In this document: in pieces, positions 51,410 to 63,559 of the stretch
Position numbering within the stretch: the first letter of the stretch is position 1
Layout: every line of letters begins with the position of its first letter
Source of the DNA: Saccostrea cucullata
Lineage: Eukaryota
Length of the DNA: 64,000 nucleotides
Assembly: GCF_032062105.1 (NCBI RefSeq)
Contig: NW_026937346.1
Coordinates: 124,001 to 188,000, forward strand
Direction: 5' to 3'
The notes under the pieces: model-generated
What the model saw: only the letters and a program-made list of their open reading frames with translations
What the model was told of the DNA's origin: nothing
Database searches by the model: none
Position numbers and translations under genes: made by a program

Positions 51410-51700
51410 TTCAATGGATCAGAAAGATATAACCTATCATTGGGTCTTCTTTTCGATGACTTGTGTCACACCAATTGCTAGGTCTTTGTTTTTATGCTGA
51501 ATTTGACTGCAGAATGTTCTGTCCACCTGATCAATATATATGGGGTGTGATCGGTCAACAGGGGAAGTTGAGTCCTCCTGGACACCTTATTCCATCACCT
51601 TTTTTCCAGGGATCTGTGTATAATGAGTATACCCTTTAAAGATTTACATTGTTAGAAGATTTTTAGACCGATCGTTGATTGTTTTCTCACAATTTTCACA
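51410..51700 (+). mobile_element. Decayed Penelope-like 3' fragment
   Basis: GGGTGTGATCGGTCAACAGGGGAAG.TGAGTCCTCCTGGACACCT motif. Confidence 0.6.
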
Positions 51701-52900
51701 CATTGGACAATCAGCGTGTATAAATACAGGCAGATTTGCAGAAAAAAATGTTTCAAGATGTTTAGTATTTCCTATTGAATTGTTTTGTTTCCTACAGATA
51801 CAACTTCCAATGCCGGAATTTATTATAGCAGTCTAGTTTCTGATCTATATATAAAGTGACACGATGGGTTATGATGCCAGACAGAACTGGTTTTTATGAC
51901 GACATATGTACGTCTGCTATTCGGTGTGCTTGCGTTCGTCTGCGAACAGTAATGAGGATCGGAAATTAAATTCGAAAGCGAAAAGATACACACAAAAAAC
52001 ACAAATATTAATCCGCTTTGGTATTTTTCTGTGATTGTCCAGCACTTTTGGCAAAATTCCTCTTTTTTTACGTTGGTTGAAGGAAAGATTGGTAGTATGA
52101 CGTCTAACATTTAATTAGCATTGAAGAATGCTGAAGAACCCAACTCAGTCTCGACGTGAGAATCTAATTTTAAATTACAGTTGTATATGATACTATGTCG
52201 GTCAAACGCCGCCCGGGGAAAAAGTTTGACCAAAGAAGAATGTAAGTTGTACAATGTAACGAATATATTTTAATCCTTCATGATTTTAATAAAATATCAT
52301 GAGATACATGTACATTTCATATTCAATACAAACGTACACCTTTTTCTATAATTATATTTCCAATATGCATGATTGTAAATTAAACATTAATTTACTTTTC
52401 GGGCTGCACCTGCACATAATAAATAGAAAATCAATAAAGATTAATACATAATTATGATTGCGGTTTTTCCGCTTGCACCTGTGAGTAATTTATATAATGT
52501 TTAGAGAGCGACGACCTAGCCAGTCAATATATTTAGTGACTTTTCATTTGTTGTCAATTGTCACTTGGTGTGGGAGGAATAGCACTTTTATACATAATTT
52601 TTAGGATCGTTGGGTATAACGGAATGCACAAAAACTATTTCATGTAAAAGTCAAAGCGCATATACTTTGTAGAGTAAAATAAACGAATATTAACATATAT
52701 TAGAATGTCAAAATAAAATTCATTGTTGAATCTATCAGATTCAGTTATAAACATAAGTCTTCAAAGCAAAGAAATACACTTTCGACCATCAAGAATAAAT
52801 CCATCTCATTCTTACATATTGTTTTTTTTCAATTGTAAATTCTGTTGCTGAGAAAAATTATGTGATGTTGTATAAAAGCATTTACGAATTTTTTGTATGG

Positions 52901-54230
52901 TGTTATGCCCCCGGATCGAGAAGGATATGGAGAAAAAAAGTCCATAAAATGGTACAAAATAGGAGCAGAGCAAACACGGAACTCCGAAACATCAGAGGTG
53001 GGATCAGGTGCCATGGAGGAGTGAGCATCCCCTGTTGACCTGTCACATCCGCCGTGTGCTCCTTATCATGATTGGGAAATAACGGGAAAATCCGTCGTCA
53101 ATTCAGTGTATAAATAATGGTCTAACAATTAGTATGAAAAACGTCAGTCAGCCTTTTCCTTAATGATAAACTGTATTTGCTGACAATGTCATTGTATCGA
53201 CCATAGAACTTACGAAATGATGACTTTAATCGAGATTGCTGATATTCTTGTTTCATCAACTTGCCTGTCAATAATTTACCTCGTTTAAAAAATTGTTCAT
53301 TAGTAGCGCATACTCATACTATCCAATCAACTGAGATATATACTCCGTTTGCAAGTGATGAAGGTATATTAATGTCTAAGTAAGGGAAACTGACGACAGA
53401 AAAGTTAGAGTCATCACGTTTATCATAGTGCTTGGTTGTTAGATTACCATTATCGTCTTTTTCAAGTAAAATATCCAAGTATGAAACAGATGTGTCAGAC
53501 TGTGGTATCTTTTTTCTCAAGCTTACCAGGATATATCTTATCGACGTAGGAATGGAAGTTACCATTGTTAATTGACAATACGTCGTTGATATATCTAAAT
53601 GTCGAGTTGAAGGCCACAGTGAATGATTCCGGGGGGTACATTGCTTTTGTCCTTTCCTGTCTTTCTGTTTGTTTGTCTGTCTGTTTTCTGTCTGCCCGTT
53701 GTCAACTTTAACTTGGCCCATAACCATGATGTGGTTGTGGCTATGGCTTTCACTTTTGACTGGTGTATTCCTTGTATCAAGACCTTTCTATGGGTAACAC
53801 CAAATTTGACGTCTTGACCTTGACCATGGAGTTTGACCTACTTTTACAAAAAATACCACACTTTAACCTCGGCCAAAACTTTTGAACAGTTGGAATTAAG
53901 GCTTTCGTACTTTACAAGTGTACAATTGTATATATTGTGACAAGACCTTTCAGCTGGTATAAATCGTTTTGACCCTTAATTTTGACCTTGAACTAAGTGT
54001 TAGACCCACTCTTTAAAAAAAATTAACCTTGGTCATAACTTTTGAACAGTTTATGATAGAGCTGCTTTCATATTTCATAGGTGTATTCCTTGTAACAAGA
54101 CCTTCCATTGGGTACCAACACCTTGACCTTATTACCTTGACCTTTGGAGTTTGACATTCTTTTTTTTAAAGAACTCAACATTCGCCATAGGCTGCTATAT
54201 GTGAACATCAGTGTTTCACAAACACAATAT
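52901..54230 (+). mobile_element. HINE-like element with GACCTTGACC-rich repeats; its 5' hairpin is split by the Penelope-like insertion
   Basis: TTATGCCCCCGGATCGA (52903) and GAATGATTCCGGGGGGTACA (53621) are the two hairpin arms. Then (TGTC/TGTT)n, about 3 decayed monomers and the 3' hairpin GTGTTTCACAAACAC. Confidence 0.65.
52920..53620 (-). mobile_element. Penelope-like RT C-terminus plus 3' tail
   Basis: RHLDISTTYCQLT (frameshifted FRYIDDVLSI), SVSYLDILLEKDDNGNLTTKHYDKRDDSNFSVVSFPYLDINIPSSLANGVYIS; tail highly similar to the 13760-14380 copy. Confidence 0.88.
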
Positions 54231-55005
54231 TCAAATTTATTTTTATTCACAAATCTGTCGGACTCAAACAAATCTCAGTGGATATTTTCACTTTATTTAC
54301 TATCCATAAGATGTAATGTATGCTCATACCAGTACAGTTTACTAGAAACTAACCCACGATCTTCAAAGTCCTAGGAACAGGGCAAGGAGGCAGGGGTTAA
54401 TTGCCTCGAGCTCCCTGTCATAACCTTTAGAACGTGCGCCACTCATTGCATGTTTGACAACAGCTTAAATTGTTTGTATACATATAACTAACGTTTTTAT
54501 CGAGATACCGTCATTTTATTGTTCAATAAATAAATGATCAATAAACATTAATGCATAATTGTAATTGCGTTTTTTCTGCTTGCACCTGTGAATTATATGT
54601 ATAAGATTTACTTAGAGGGCGACGACCATTAGTCAGTCAATATGTCTAGATATTTTTCATTTGTTGTCAGTTGTCGCTTGGTGTTGGAGGAAGAGCACTT
54701 TTATATATAATTTTAAGGTTTGTTGGGTATACCGGAATGCACAAATACCATAATTTTTATGTAAAAGTCAAAGCACGCGTTTTTTTGTAGAGTAAAATAT
54801 ATGAATATTAACATTTTAAATAGTTCCAAAATTAAAATTCTTGTTAAATCTATCAGATTCAATCTTGATTCAAAGTCTTCAAAGCAAAGAAATGATTGTT
54901 TGACCATCAAGAATGAATCAACCTCATTCTTATATAACAAATGTAATTTACGTTGCTGAGAAAAATTAAGTTATGTTGTACATGTATAAAAGCATTGACG
55001 GATCT

Positions 55006-55155
55006 NNNNNNNNNNNNNNNNNNNNNNNNNNNNNNNNNNNNNNNNNNNNNNNNNNNNNNNNNNNNNNNNNNNNNNNNNNNNNNNNNNNNNNNNNNNNNNN
55101 NNNNNNNNNNNNNNNNNNNNNNNNNNNNNNNNNNNNNNNNNNNNNNNNNNNNNNN
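55006..55155. other. Assembly gap (150 N)
   Basis: Run of N. Confidence 1.
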
Positions 55156-56030
55156 AAACATTTGTCGAATGCTTGCATGCTCATTTAAAAACAAGTTTAA
55201 ATAAACATCATAAATATGTTTTAATATTTAAATTATTTTACATATAATATAGAATATTTTACTGCTTTTGACATCTGTATCCAAAATTGTAAGTTTAGAA
55301 TAGTTACACTGAAAAAAAGGACATATCCATTTTAAAATTGTAGAGTAACCATGTGCCAAGAGAGAAAATAACAAACCAGCAACGAAACAAACGACAGCTA
55401 GCCAGCATTGTTACAACGCACTTTGAAAAATTACGCACTTTGAAAAAAATTTTCAAAGTGCGCCACGCACTTTGAAAAAAATAAATTTTTTTTCATTGCA
55501 TGTTTGACAACACGCACTTTAAATTGTTTGTATACATATAACTGGTTTGATAACTTTTTTTCTAAAGTCACAAGATATACGTTTTAAATATTTAAGGTTT
55601 TGATAAAATAAAATGGAAAAAAATTAAACTTAATTGTTTTATTGAACGCGATATATAAATCATAAGTTCGCAGCAATGCAACAGCTTTACCAAAAAATAT
55701 ATCTTTGCGAATGACGAAAGCTTGCATGCAATGCATTTAAAATAGCAAGTTTATATCATAAACATCATAAATATGTTTTAATAAAGTGTTCTCTTGAAAT
55801 GTACATTTGTCTATTTTACACATATAATATAGAATATTTTACTGCTTTTGACATCTGTATCCAAAATTGTAAGTTTAGAATAGTTACACTGAAAAAAAGG
55901 ACATATCCATTTTAAAATTGTAGAGTAACCATGTGCCAAGACTTTCGAAAAATTTTTCAAAGTGCGTTGAGCACGCACGAAAAAAACAAACGTAATTTTT
56001 TCAAAGTGCTTGCCACACAGCATAAATGCG
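55156..56030. repeat. Complex repeat: identical ~120-bp block at 580-bp spacing plus clustered direct and inverted GCACTTTGAAAA motifs
   Basis: 55240-55361 = 55820-55941. CGCACTTTGAAAAA x3 and TTTTCAAAGTGC x3 at 55417-55480 and 55955-56010. Confidence 0.85.
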
Positions 56031-57559
56031 AGCACCCGAGTAGCAAATAAAAAGTGCCATAATTTCAGCATAAAATGTTACTGCTCAAAAGTGCAAAAGT
56101 ATATGATGAAAACTACATGTATCCGATTTTGTTGTCACTCATTTCCGATCATCTATTTTTGAGCAGCAATTCTTGTTAACAGACTTCCTCGGGTAAACTT
56201 TTGGGCTGATAGAATTAAACATAATGCTAATTAAGCAATTATTTAGCCGGTGTTTATAATTTTGCAACACATCGATAACTAAACAAGGAAGACTACTTGA
56301 TTATCTTTTGGCACTTGATAATTTGAAAGTATTCAATTTGTCACATTGCCAAAAAATTTCATAGCGTAACATTGAAAAAAATGAATGAATATATTGTACA
56401 CGAAAGAATAGCTTTATCCTACACAGTACATCTTTGTGATGAATTGCTATTCATGTTGTTGACCTTTATTTAATTTTTTCCCATGACAATGCAAATTTAC
56501 AATGTATATTTAGTATTCAGGTCAACTGGTCAATGGACAGAGACGGTTAAGAAATTGTTTTAAATGTCTGTTTCCCGTCTTTCTATGTATCTTTCTGTCT
56601 GTATACTTTTTATTTAGAATAAACAGTTTAAGTAAAATAACACTTCAATTTCCTTGGTTATTTTTCTCTTCTTTTGTAATAAATACTGACCAGTAGATCG
56701 AGAGCTATACACTTTTATCAAAGACTTTTGATTAAACATGCAAACAAAGGTCTCTGACTTTTAAAACGATAAAAGGAAATATATATATGTATGTATATAA
56801 AATAAATAAGGAGATAAATATTTTGACTCAAGGATTTTAAAGTAAGCGTTACAAAAGCCTTGTTTTATTCTTTAAAATTCATTGGGAAAATAATCGCGGG
56901 AAAACGATTTATCCTTGAGTTAACTGCATTTTCAGATTTATTTATAATTTTTGCGCTCACTTGTTTATTTATTGACTTCAAACAGAGTATAACTATTCTA
57001 ATATAAACCACTCTTCCAAAAAAGCAATTTTCATTTTAAGAAATTAAAATTTCAATCATCCCAAGACATTTTTAATTCTCTGAATGGTAAAAAGAGTGAA
57101 TTGTATTGTCACATGCCTGAAAACGTTAAAATTTCTGTGTCTTTTCAAATATCTTGTCTATGACGAAACTACATGCGTAACAAGTAATTAGCACAGTCTG
57201 AATAAAAACAGAGCAAATTCCCAGACAACAGTCTAAGCAATGTTTATAACAAAAGTATAGTAAACTGTGAAAGCATGCAGGCTTATACCCGTATCAATTT
57301 TCCGAATAATTCGTGTGTTATTCAGTGTAGGTGTTCGTCATATTATTGTTTACTATCTATTATATACATGTATTTCAAATTATCGCCTTTAATTCTTTGT
57401 GTCGCACGACAATTATAATTATGAATCACCTACAATCTAATGATAAAAGTACATTGTACAATAAAATGACATTCATTTTTGGTAACATTCACTGAAAACA
57501 TCTTTTACAAAATCAGAAAATGACATTTATTTTATCTAGTAAAATATTATACACATGCG

Positions 57560-57830
57560 TCTGACGCTGTGGTATCTTTTATTTCAAGTTCAATTTGGTA
57601 TATCGAGTAAACATATGAAGTAACGATTTTCAATTGATAATATCACAAAATCGAGTTGAAGCCAAAGCGAGTGTTTTCGTCTTTTCGTGTATACGTTTTT
57701 GAATACATATTTTTGTGTCATATAAATTACACAAACGTCGGGAAAAACAGGGTTTAAATGTAACAATGGAATTCCTATAAATTATTGGAGACCTGTTCTC
57801 CGTAAAAACATAGATACTTAACATCAATTT
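57560..57830 (-). mobile_element. Highly decayed Penelope-like RT fragment
   Basis: TGTGGTATCTTTTATTTCAAGTTCA (ELEIKDTT on the minus strand), TCGAGTTGAAG, GGAATTCC. Confidence 0.55.
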
Positions 57831-58574
57831 AGAGTGCTTGTACAAATGTACAATCATAAAATGTGTAGCAAATTAAGTATGCAGATGATCAATTAAAAGG
57901 AAAATTAATCAACTAATTCAATTTTTATGCAAAAATGTCTCTATGTATGATGACAAAAGTTTTAAAATTTAATTCTTCATTGGAAATTGTGGTATAAATG
58001 GTTCAACAGTCGTACGTTTTGATTTTGGTAAATTTTTTCGATTTTAAATTATTTTAATGTTCTTTTAGCGTACACAATTTCCAGAATATATTGTAAACTT
58101 TTCATAGAGTTTCCCCTTCACTGTTGTTGATCCTTTAGTAATTAGTAAAGAAAGACTATTCGTAAAGCATTTGCTGGAACCTGCTTTGTATATTTGTTTG
58201 CTTTACTTTAGACGTTTATGAATCCAGAAAAGATATGGTAATTCAAATCCATTTTATTGGTTAAGAATATTAAAAATATCAAAAACTTATGAATTTGAAG
58301 AATTCCCTTCTAAAAAAGGAGTTAATGGTAAATGTTTCATTATCCCTTGCATAATTAAACCTACGTTCCTCTAAAGTACATGAAACCAATGAGTTTAAGC
58401 TTGTACATTTCAATTCAGAATATCAGAAATTTACTTGAAGACTCGGATATGCCAATAAAAATTCAAATGATCTCATAAAAGAAAACATTTCATTGATTGA
58501 ACGTCATTATATATCAGAGGATAAAACTTTATTGATGTCAACTGCAACAATAATAATCGTAAACGTAGCTATCA

Positions 58575-58880
58575 GGTCGCCCGCGCGACGAAGTAGTTAG
58601 AGCGTATGCTCTGGAGTGGCTAAGTAAAGAGTTGATCCTTATGTCATGGGTTCGAATCCCACTGTGGGAGGTGGAAAAGGGTCTTTTGGATAAAACAGTA
58701 TAAACCGAGGACCCGATTCGCAGTAGGTGCTGGCACAAAAAGATCCCTCCCTGTTCAATGGCCTTTAGTGCCTAGAATAGGATGAAATATGCAGCTCTCC
58801 ATCAGCAAGTGGTGGCGTCTCCATATGAGTGAAAAATTCCCAAGAGGGACGTTAATCAACATACATACAAACAGATAAAC
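58575..58880 (+). mobile_element. Near full-length tRNA-derived SINE (Meta/MESC-like core, tentative)
   Basis: A-box-like AGTAGTTAGAGCG; B box GGTTCGAATCC at 58649-58659; core TAAACCGAGG.CCC...GGCAC.AAAAGATCCC; CATA/CAAA tail; multiple homologues in the window. Confidence 0.82.
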
Positions 58881-59009
58881 TTAGCTATCCGTGATTTCAC
58901 AAATTTACAATTAAAACATCCTTCCTTATGAGAGAATGGCAATAAAATTGCATTTATTTATATAATTTAAACTGTCTTAACGTTAAAGTACAGTTATTCA
59001 CATATATGC

Positions 59010-59560
59010 ATGGAATATGTATATGAAGATAAGCTCAAAAGACCATTTACCCATACAAAATAGGAGCAGAGAAAACAAAGATCCCCAAAACATCAGAAGT
59101 GGGATCAGATGGAGGAGTGAGCATATTCTGCATGGTCACATCCGCCGTGTGTTCCTTGTAATGACTTGGGAAATATCGGGAAAATCTGTCGACTATTCAG
59201 TGTGTAAATTATGACATAACAATATGTATGAAAAACGTCCGTCAGTATAGGAAAAATTGTATTCGATGACAAGGTCTTTGTATCGACCGTAGAACTTACG
59301 AAATTATTACTTCAAAGGAGATGCCGAGATCCTTTTTCAGCAGCTGGGTTGTCTGTAACTTATCTTTTTTTAAAAATTGTACATACGTAGATCATGCTCT
59401 TGCGTATCAAATCAGTTGAAAGGTATAAGCCCCGTATGCAAGTGATGGAAGTATATTGCTGCATAAGTGAGGGAAGTTTACAATTGAAACGTTAAAGTAA
59501 TCTCGTATGTCTTACAACTTGGCTGTCCATAAACGTTCTTTTCAAATGTAACATCTTAAG
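59010..59560 (-). mobile_element. Penelope-like RT C-terminus plus 3' tail
   Basis: Collinear with the 13760-14330 copy. Confidence 0.8.
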
Positions 59561-61579
59561 CACCCTCTCTACACAAGTGCAAAGTACTTTTTGGACATGG
59601 AGAAAAATATATTGTATAACTATAAAGGAGTTAATATTGAGCCTATTTATTTAATTTTCACCATGTGGTGCGTGGCATTTACCCCCGGGAAAAATGTTCA
59701 AAGACAACACTGTATAAGTGAATAGAAATCACTGTTAATTACTTCAATGGAAAAAATACATGTAAAAAACACGTTCATATTATCGCCTTTTAAAATGTTT
59801 GAATACTTTAATTCATTACAAATTGAGTAATATATTGTAAATTTTTATTTTTTGGTTAATTGACAATACCAGAAAAAGTCTTAGAATCAGAACTCTTTAT
59901 GCAGTGTGTGGGAGGTTGATCTTTGATTTACATGGCATATAGTTGATATAAAGTGGAAATGACCATTGTTAATTTAATGCTGTTGATGTATATAAAGTTG
60001 TAAAAAAAAATTTTGTAAAAATTTGAGGCTACAAATTTTCCAAAAAATTCTTGGAATTTTTAAGTATCCACATCTAGTTAACATCACTTCTAGATAACAT
60101 TTTTGCACAGTTTTACTGAAGTTTCTCCTTCACTAAGGTTAATATTTTAACATAGTGAGGAACGTATAATAAAGAAAAAGAGACCGTTGTTTTGTTGAGC
60201 TGAAAATTTTATTGTTGAATACATGTAATGTTTCTTTGGTTAGAAAAATAACATTACAGGAAAAAATGAAAATCTTACAAGTATAAAAGATAGGAAACTT
60301 TTTCATTCAATTTTTTTTTATTGAAGACTTTACAAAACAATTGTCATATTCAGAGGAACAACTTCATCTACTATTCGTTATAATGCCGTTTGAAGAATTG
60401 CTGACTTATTAATTATCATTGAATAAACCATCAACTAGACATGTCGAAATGATTTGAACAATGTCTAGAAAAAATAAATCAAATGTGTTGTGAATTACAG
60501 GGAGTGGCTGTAAGTGTTTACTTGTATTCTAAGACATGTACATTAGTACGCTTTACTGTAATAAACATCATCCAATTCTTCGTCTGTTTATATTGCGTCT
60601 CATACATCCCCACATTGAATGAAACGAAAGAAATTACATAGAATTTCCAGCAAAATGTTGCATTGAAATTTGTTATAAAAAAAAAATAAATTCTACTTTT
60701 ATTGTTTATGTACATATTTACGTAGAAAATATTTTTTTCACATCTTATGAAGTAAAATATTACTGTTTATCACTCAAAAATTGTAAATTAAACAAAAATT
60801 GGCATTTTGCAACATAATTTTTTTTAAATGGACGATGCATTCAATTTAGGAATTAATTAGTTCTTTTTTCGATTAAAATCATATGTTTTTTTATCATTTG
60901 ACCTTTTATTTATTTTTCATAGATTTCAGGTGGAAAAATTATTTACGGTATATTCGTCATTTTCTCGAAGAAAAACGCTTTTCTTGATGCTATGTAGACA
61001 ACCCCGTTCATCAAAACATCTAAAATTCAAATTTTCACTCAAAGAATTTGTTCCTACATTAACTTGTGTGTGATGTGCATGTATGTTATAAGTAAGATAC
61101 AAACCATTATTAAATTGAAAATCTTGCGGAAAGAAAATGGATCTGACAAAATGATTAAGAAATAATACAATGCAGACATTCAGGTCTTCTTTTTAAGTGA
61201 AATCAATGCTACTTTACTTAACTTTATTTAATTAAATATTTCAAAAATTCATTATATGTGTTCGTTTCATAACGACGCCTTACTCACTAATTAATTCTAA
61301 ATCAAAATTTGCGGGGAAAAAATATTTATAGCAAAAATATGGCCGTATTCTGCAGAAAAAAATATGAGCATCCAATACGCTTAGTAGTATTTGAAAATAC
61401 ACAGTAAAGACATATTAATCAAAATGGACGGAGTCAGATAATATACATACATGTATAGATTTATATGTATGAATATAATTTTTAAAATCAATCTGGGAAG
61501 AAAGTTTTGATAAAAAAAATATGGAATAGGATAAAGTTGACTGATTTGTACAATCAAACATTAGAACACACCATGTCTG

Positions 61580-61703
61580 TTAATTTTTGGACTTGTTGTT
61601 AAGGTTAATAGGAATGTCTAAAAGCTTGTCAATATCCGGTGGTATATATTTCTTCAGAAGTTCCCTTGTACAGCTCCAAAGAAAATTTTGATATTCAGGA
61701 TCT
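61580..61703 (-). CDS. SDR/RDH-like terminal exon
   Basis: tttttctctag|A GAT CCT GAA...AAT TAA; D....Q..LW..T..L is a typical RDH C-terminal helix. Confidence 0.75.
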
Positions 61704-63219
61704 CTAGAGAAAAATCAAAAGCAAACAATTACATAATTACGTAAACTCTGACTTGAATGTAATGTTTGCATCTCCATGCAGATGCCTCGATAATATTATA
61801 ATATTTTAGTCGAAACTATATATATAAAAAGTTAATAATTGTGCCTTGATTCAAAATTTATAACAATGTTTGTAAATAAATTGTTACGTTATTATTTAAT
61901 AATTATATAGTATTTGTAATCTTGAAAATAAAAGATGAGGAGACAAGAAATATTAACGAAACTAATAAAAGAATTCGAAAGTGCACAATTTACTTCAATT
62001 TGTAATACTCTGTCATGCCTTTCCCTCTCATTTAAATTGTTTCGTAAACTTTTAAGACAATATTTCTTTGATGTATCTTACGCAAGTAATTAATAAATAA
62101 TCAAAGTACTGAAACTGAATACGACAAAAATTGGACATGACATAAAATAAGGCATAAAGTTTGTAAGTTAATAAATCTCTCTTTGCAAGATCATCATGAA
62201 AATTCTTTAAAGATTAATTTTTAAAAATAATTTGTTTTACTGGGCCAGCTGGGTGCAGACTAACGTGTAAGAACAGAGGAAATTGAATGTTTGTAATATC
62301 CAAACTGTGAAACATTTATACCAATAAGTCCTTTGGGAATAAATAAATAAATAAATAAATAATAACGTAAAGCATAAAACCCGTGTGTGAAATCTTTAAT
62401 GTTTTTGACCTAAAATTGCACTAAGTTATTAAAAGAATATTTTAAAAGATTTTAAATATAAAATTAGAGATTAATCTTTAGAAATACAGTTCTAATAAAA
62501 ACTCAATAAAAAGCATAAAAAATATTTTGATGAATGCCATTTAAATCGTGAAAACCTATTTTCATGGATAGAGATACTATGAGCTACATTTTTTCTCTAA
62601 TCAAGTTAATAATAATAGGCTGTATATAGCGTTTTTTTTTTGTTTTTTGTTTTTTTTTTCAATATATATATATATATATTTTACATAATACATAATTTTA
62701 CATACAAATTTTAATTTAACTTTTATTTTAATTTTACCAAAGCAATCCATGCAAAACTTTCGAACCCCTGGCTGCCCTTCTGGTAGTGCATTCCTGAACA
62801 GTTCCGTGTCTACGGTTCCAGGATTTACGCAGCAAACTTCCACATCCGAATCAAGAAGAATCTTATCAACATAGTACATTTGCATAATCTGTAAACATAT
62901 GACTGCTTTTATCCAATCATCCTTTTTGATCATTTACATTTTTCATGAATCAATAAATATACAGTAAACATTAAGCAATTCAATAAATTTATATCAAGAA
63001 AAGATGATTTCATCTTAAACTAACCTGAAAGAGCTTCGTATTGTTATATATGGAGTCGGCGTCAAAAGGACTTGTTTTACCGTTTTCGGCGAGATTAACG
63101 TCAAACTTTGCTTTATGGTGTGCTTCACTGCAAACAAATACGATGCGACAGTCCTTTCCCGATTTCGTCAAAAGAGGAATCAGATGAGCGACAATAAGAA
63201 AATGTCCCAGATAATTCAC
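61580..63219 (-). CDS. Short-chain dehydrogenase/reductase, retinol dehydrogenase 11/12/13-like; 3' exons only (5' exons lie beyond the window)
   Basis: Exons complement(63025-63219) VNYLGHFLIVAHLIPLL...RIVFVCSEAH...YNNTKLFQ; complement(62738-62888) IMQMYY...CVNPGTVDTEL...; terminal complement(61580-61703) DPEYQNFLWSCTRELL...KN*. VNYLGHF, catalytic S and YxxxK, and PG.V.T motifs are present. Confidence 0.88.
62337..62363. repeat. (AAAT)n microsatellite in SDR intron
   Basis: AATAAATAAATAAATAAATAAATAA. Confidence 0.85.
62738..62888 (-). CDS. SDR/RDH-like exon (NPGTVDT)
   Basis: tttacag|ATT...G|gtaaaa, 151 nt. Confidence 0.9.
63025..63219 (-). CDS. SDR/RDH-like exon with catalytic Ser and YxxxK
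   Basis: ttacag|GTG...CAG|gttagt, 195 nt. Confidence 0.92.
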
Positions 63220-63559
63220 CTGTAAGGTATTTCGAAACAATAGATAATTGAAAGTAAAATAAATTTACATTGCAATTTACTCGTAACTGTATACTTTTAC
63301 TTATACAGTGTAGAGTGACTTACAAGTAACATATATTTGAAAACAAGTCGATGTTGCTTTCATATGTTTATTAATTTCTATTTTTGTAAATATTTTAAAA
63401 TTCCGCCTTGTCCTTTTCATTTTTATGTTTTGATTTCTTTTTTCTTATTCTAAATCAGTAAAAGATGTAATCGTAACCTTTACAGAGTAGACACTTATGG
63501 CTTATGATAGTAAAAAAAATTGAGAGAGCTTCAAGTTACAAAAAAGAAAAAACAAATTT

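Larger units (their letters stand above)
52418..55005 (+). repeat. Diverged ~470-bp direct duplication (52418-52888 vs 54524-55005)
   Basis: Collinear blocks GCTTGCACCTGTGA, GCGACGACC, TTTTTCATTTGTTGTCA, GGAATGCACAAA, AAGTCTTCAAAGCAAAGAAAT, GTTGCTGAGAAAAATTA. Confidence 0.88.

Noticed and set aside
51798-51970. Possible exon after a strong acceptor (ttcctacag) with Cys-containing frames
   Set aside because: All three frames hit stops within about 20 codons; no recognisable family.
54907-55204. ORFs spanning X residues
   Set aside because: Artefacts of the N gap. The GATC just before the gap may reflect scaffolding but cannot be judged.
58575-58670. tRNA gene
   Set aside because: A B box is present, but there is no clean cloverleaf and the sequence continues into the SINE core and tail.
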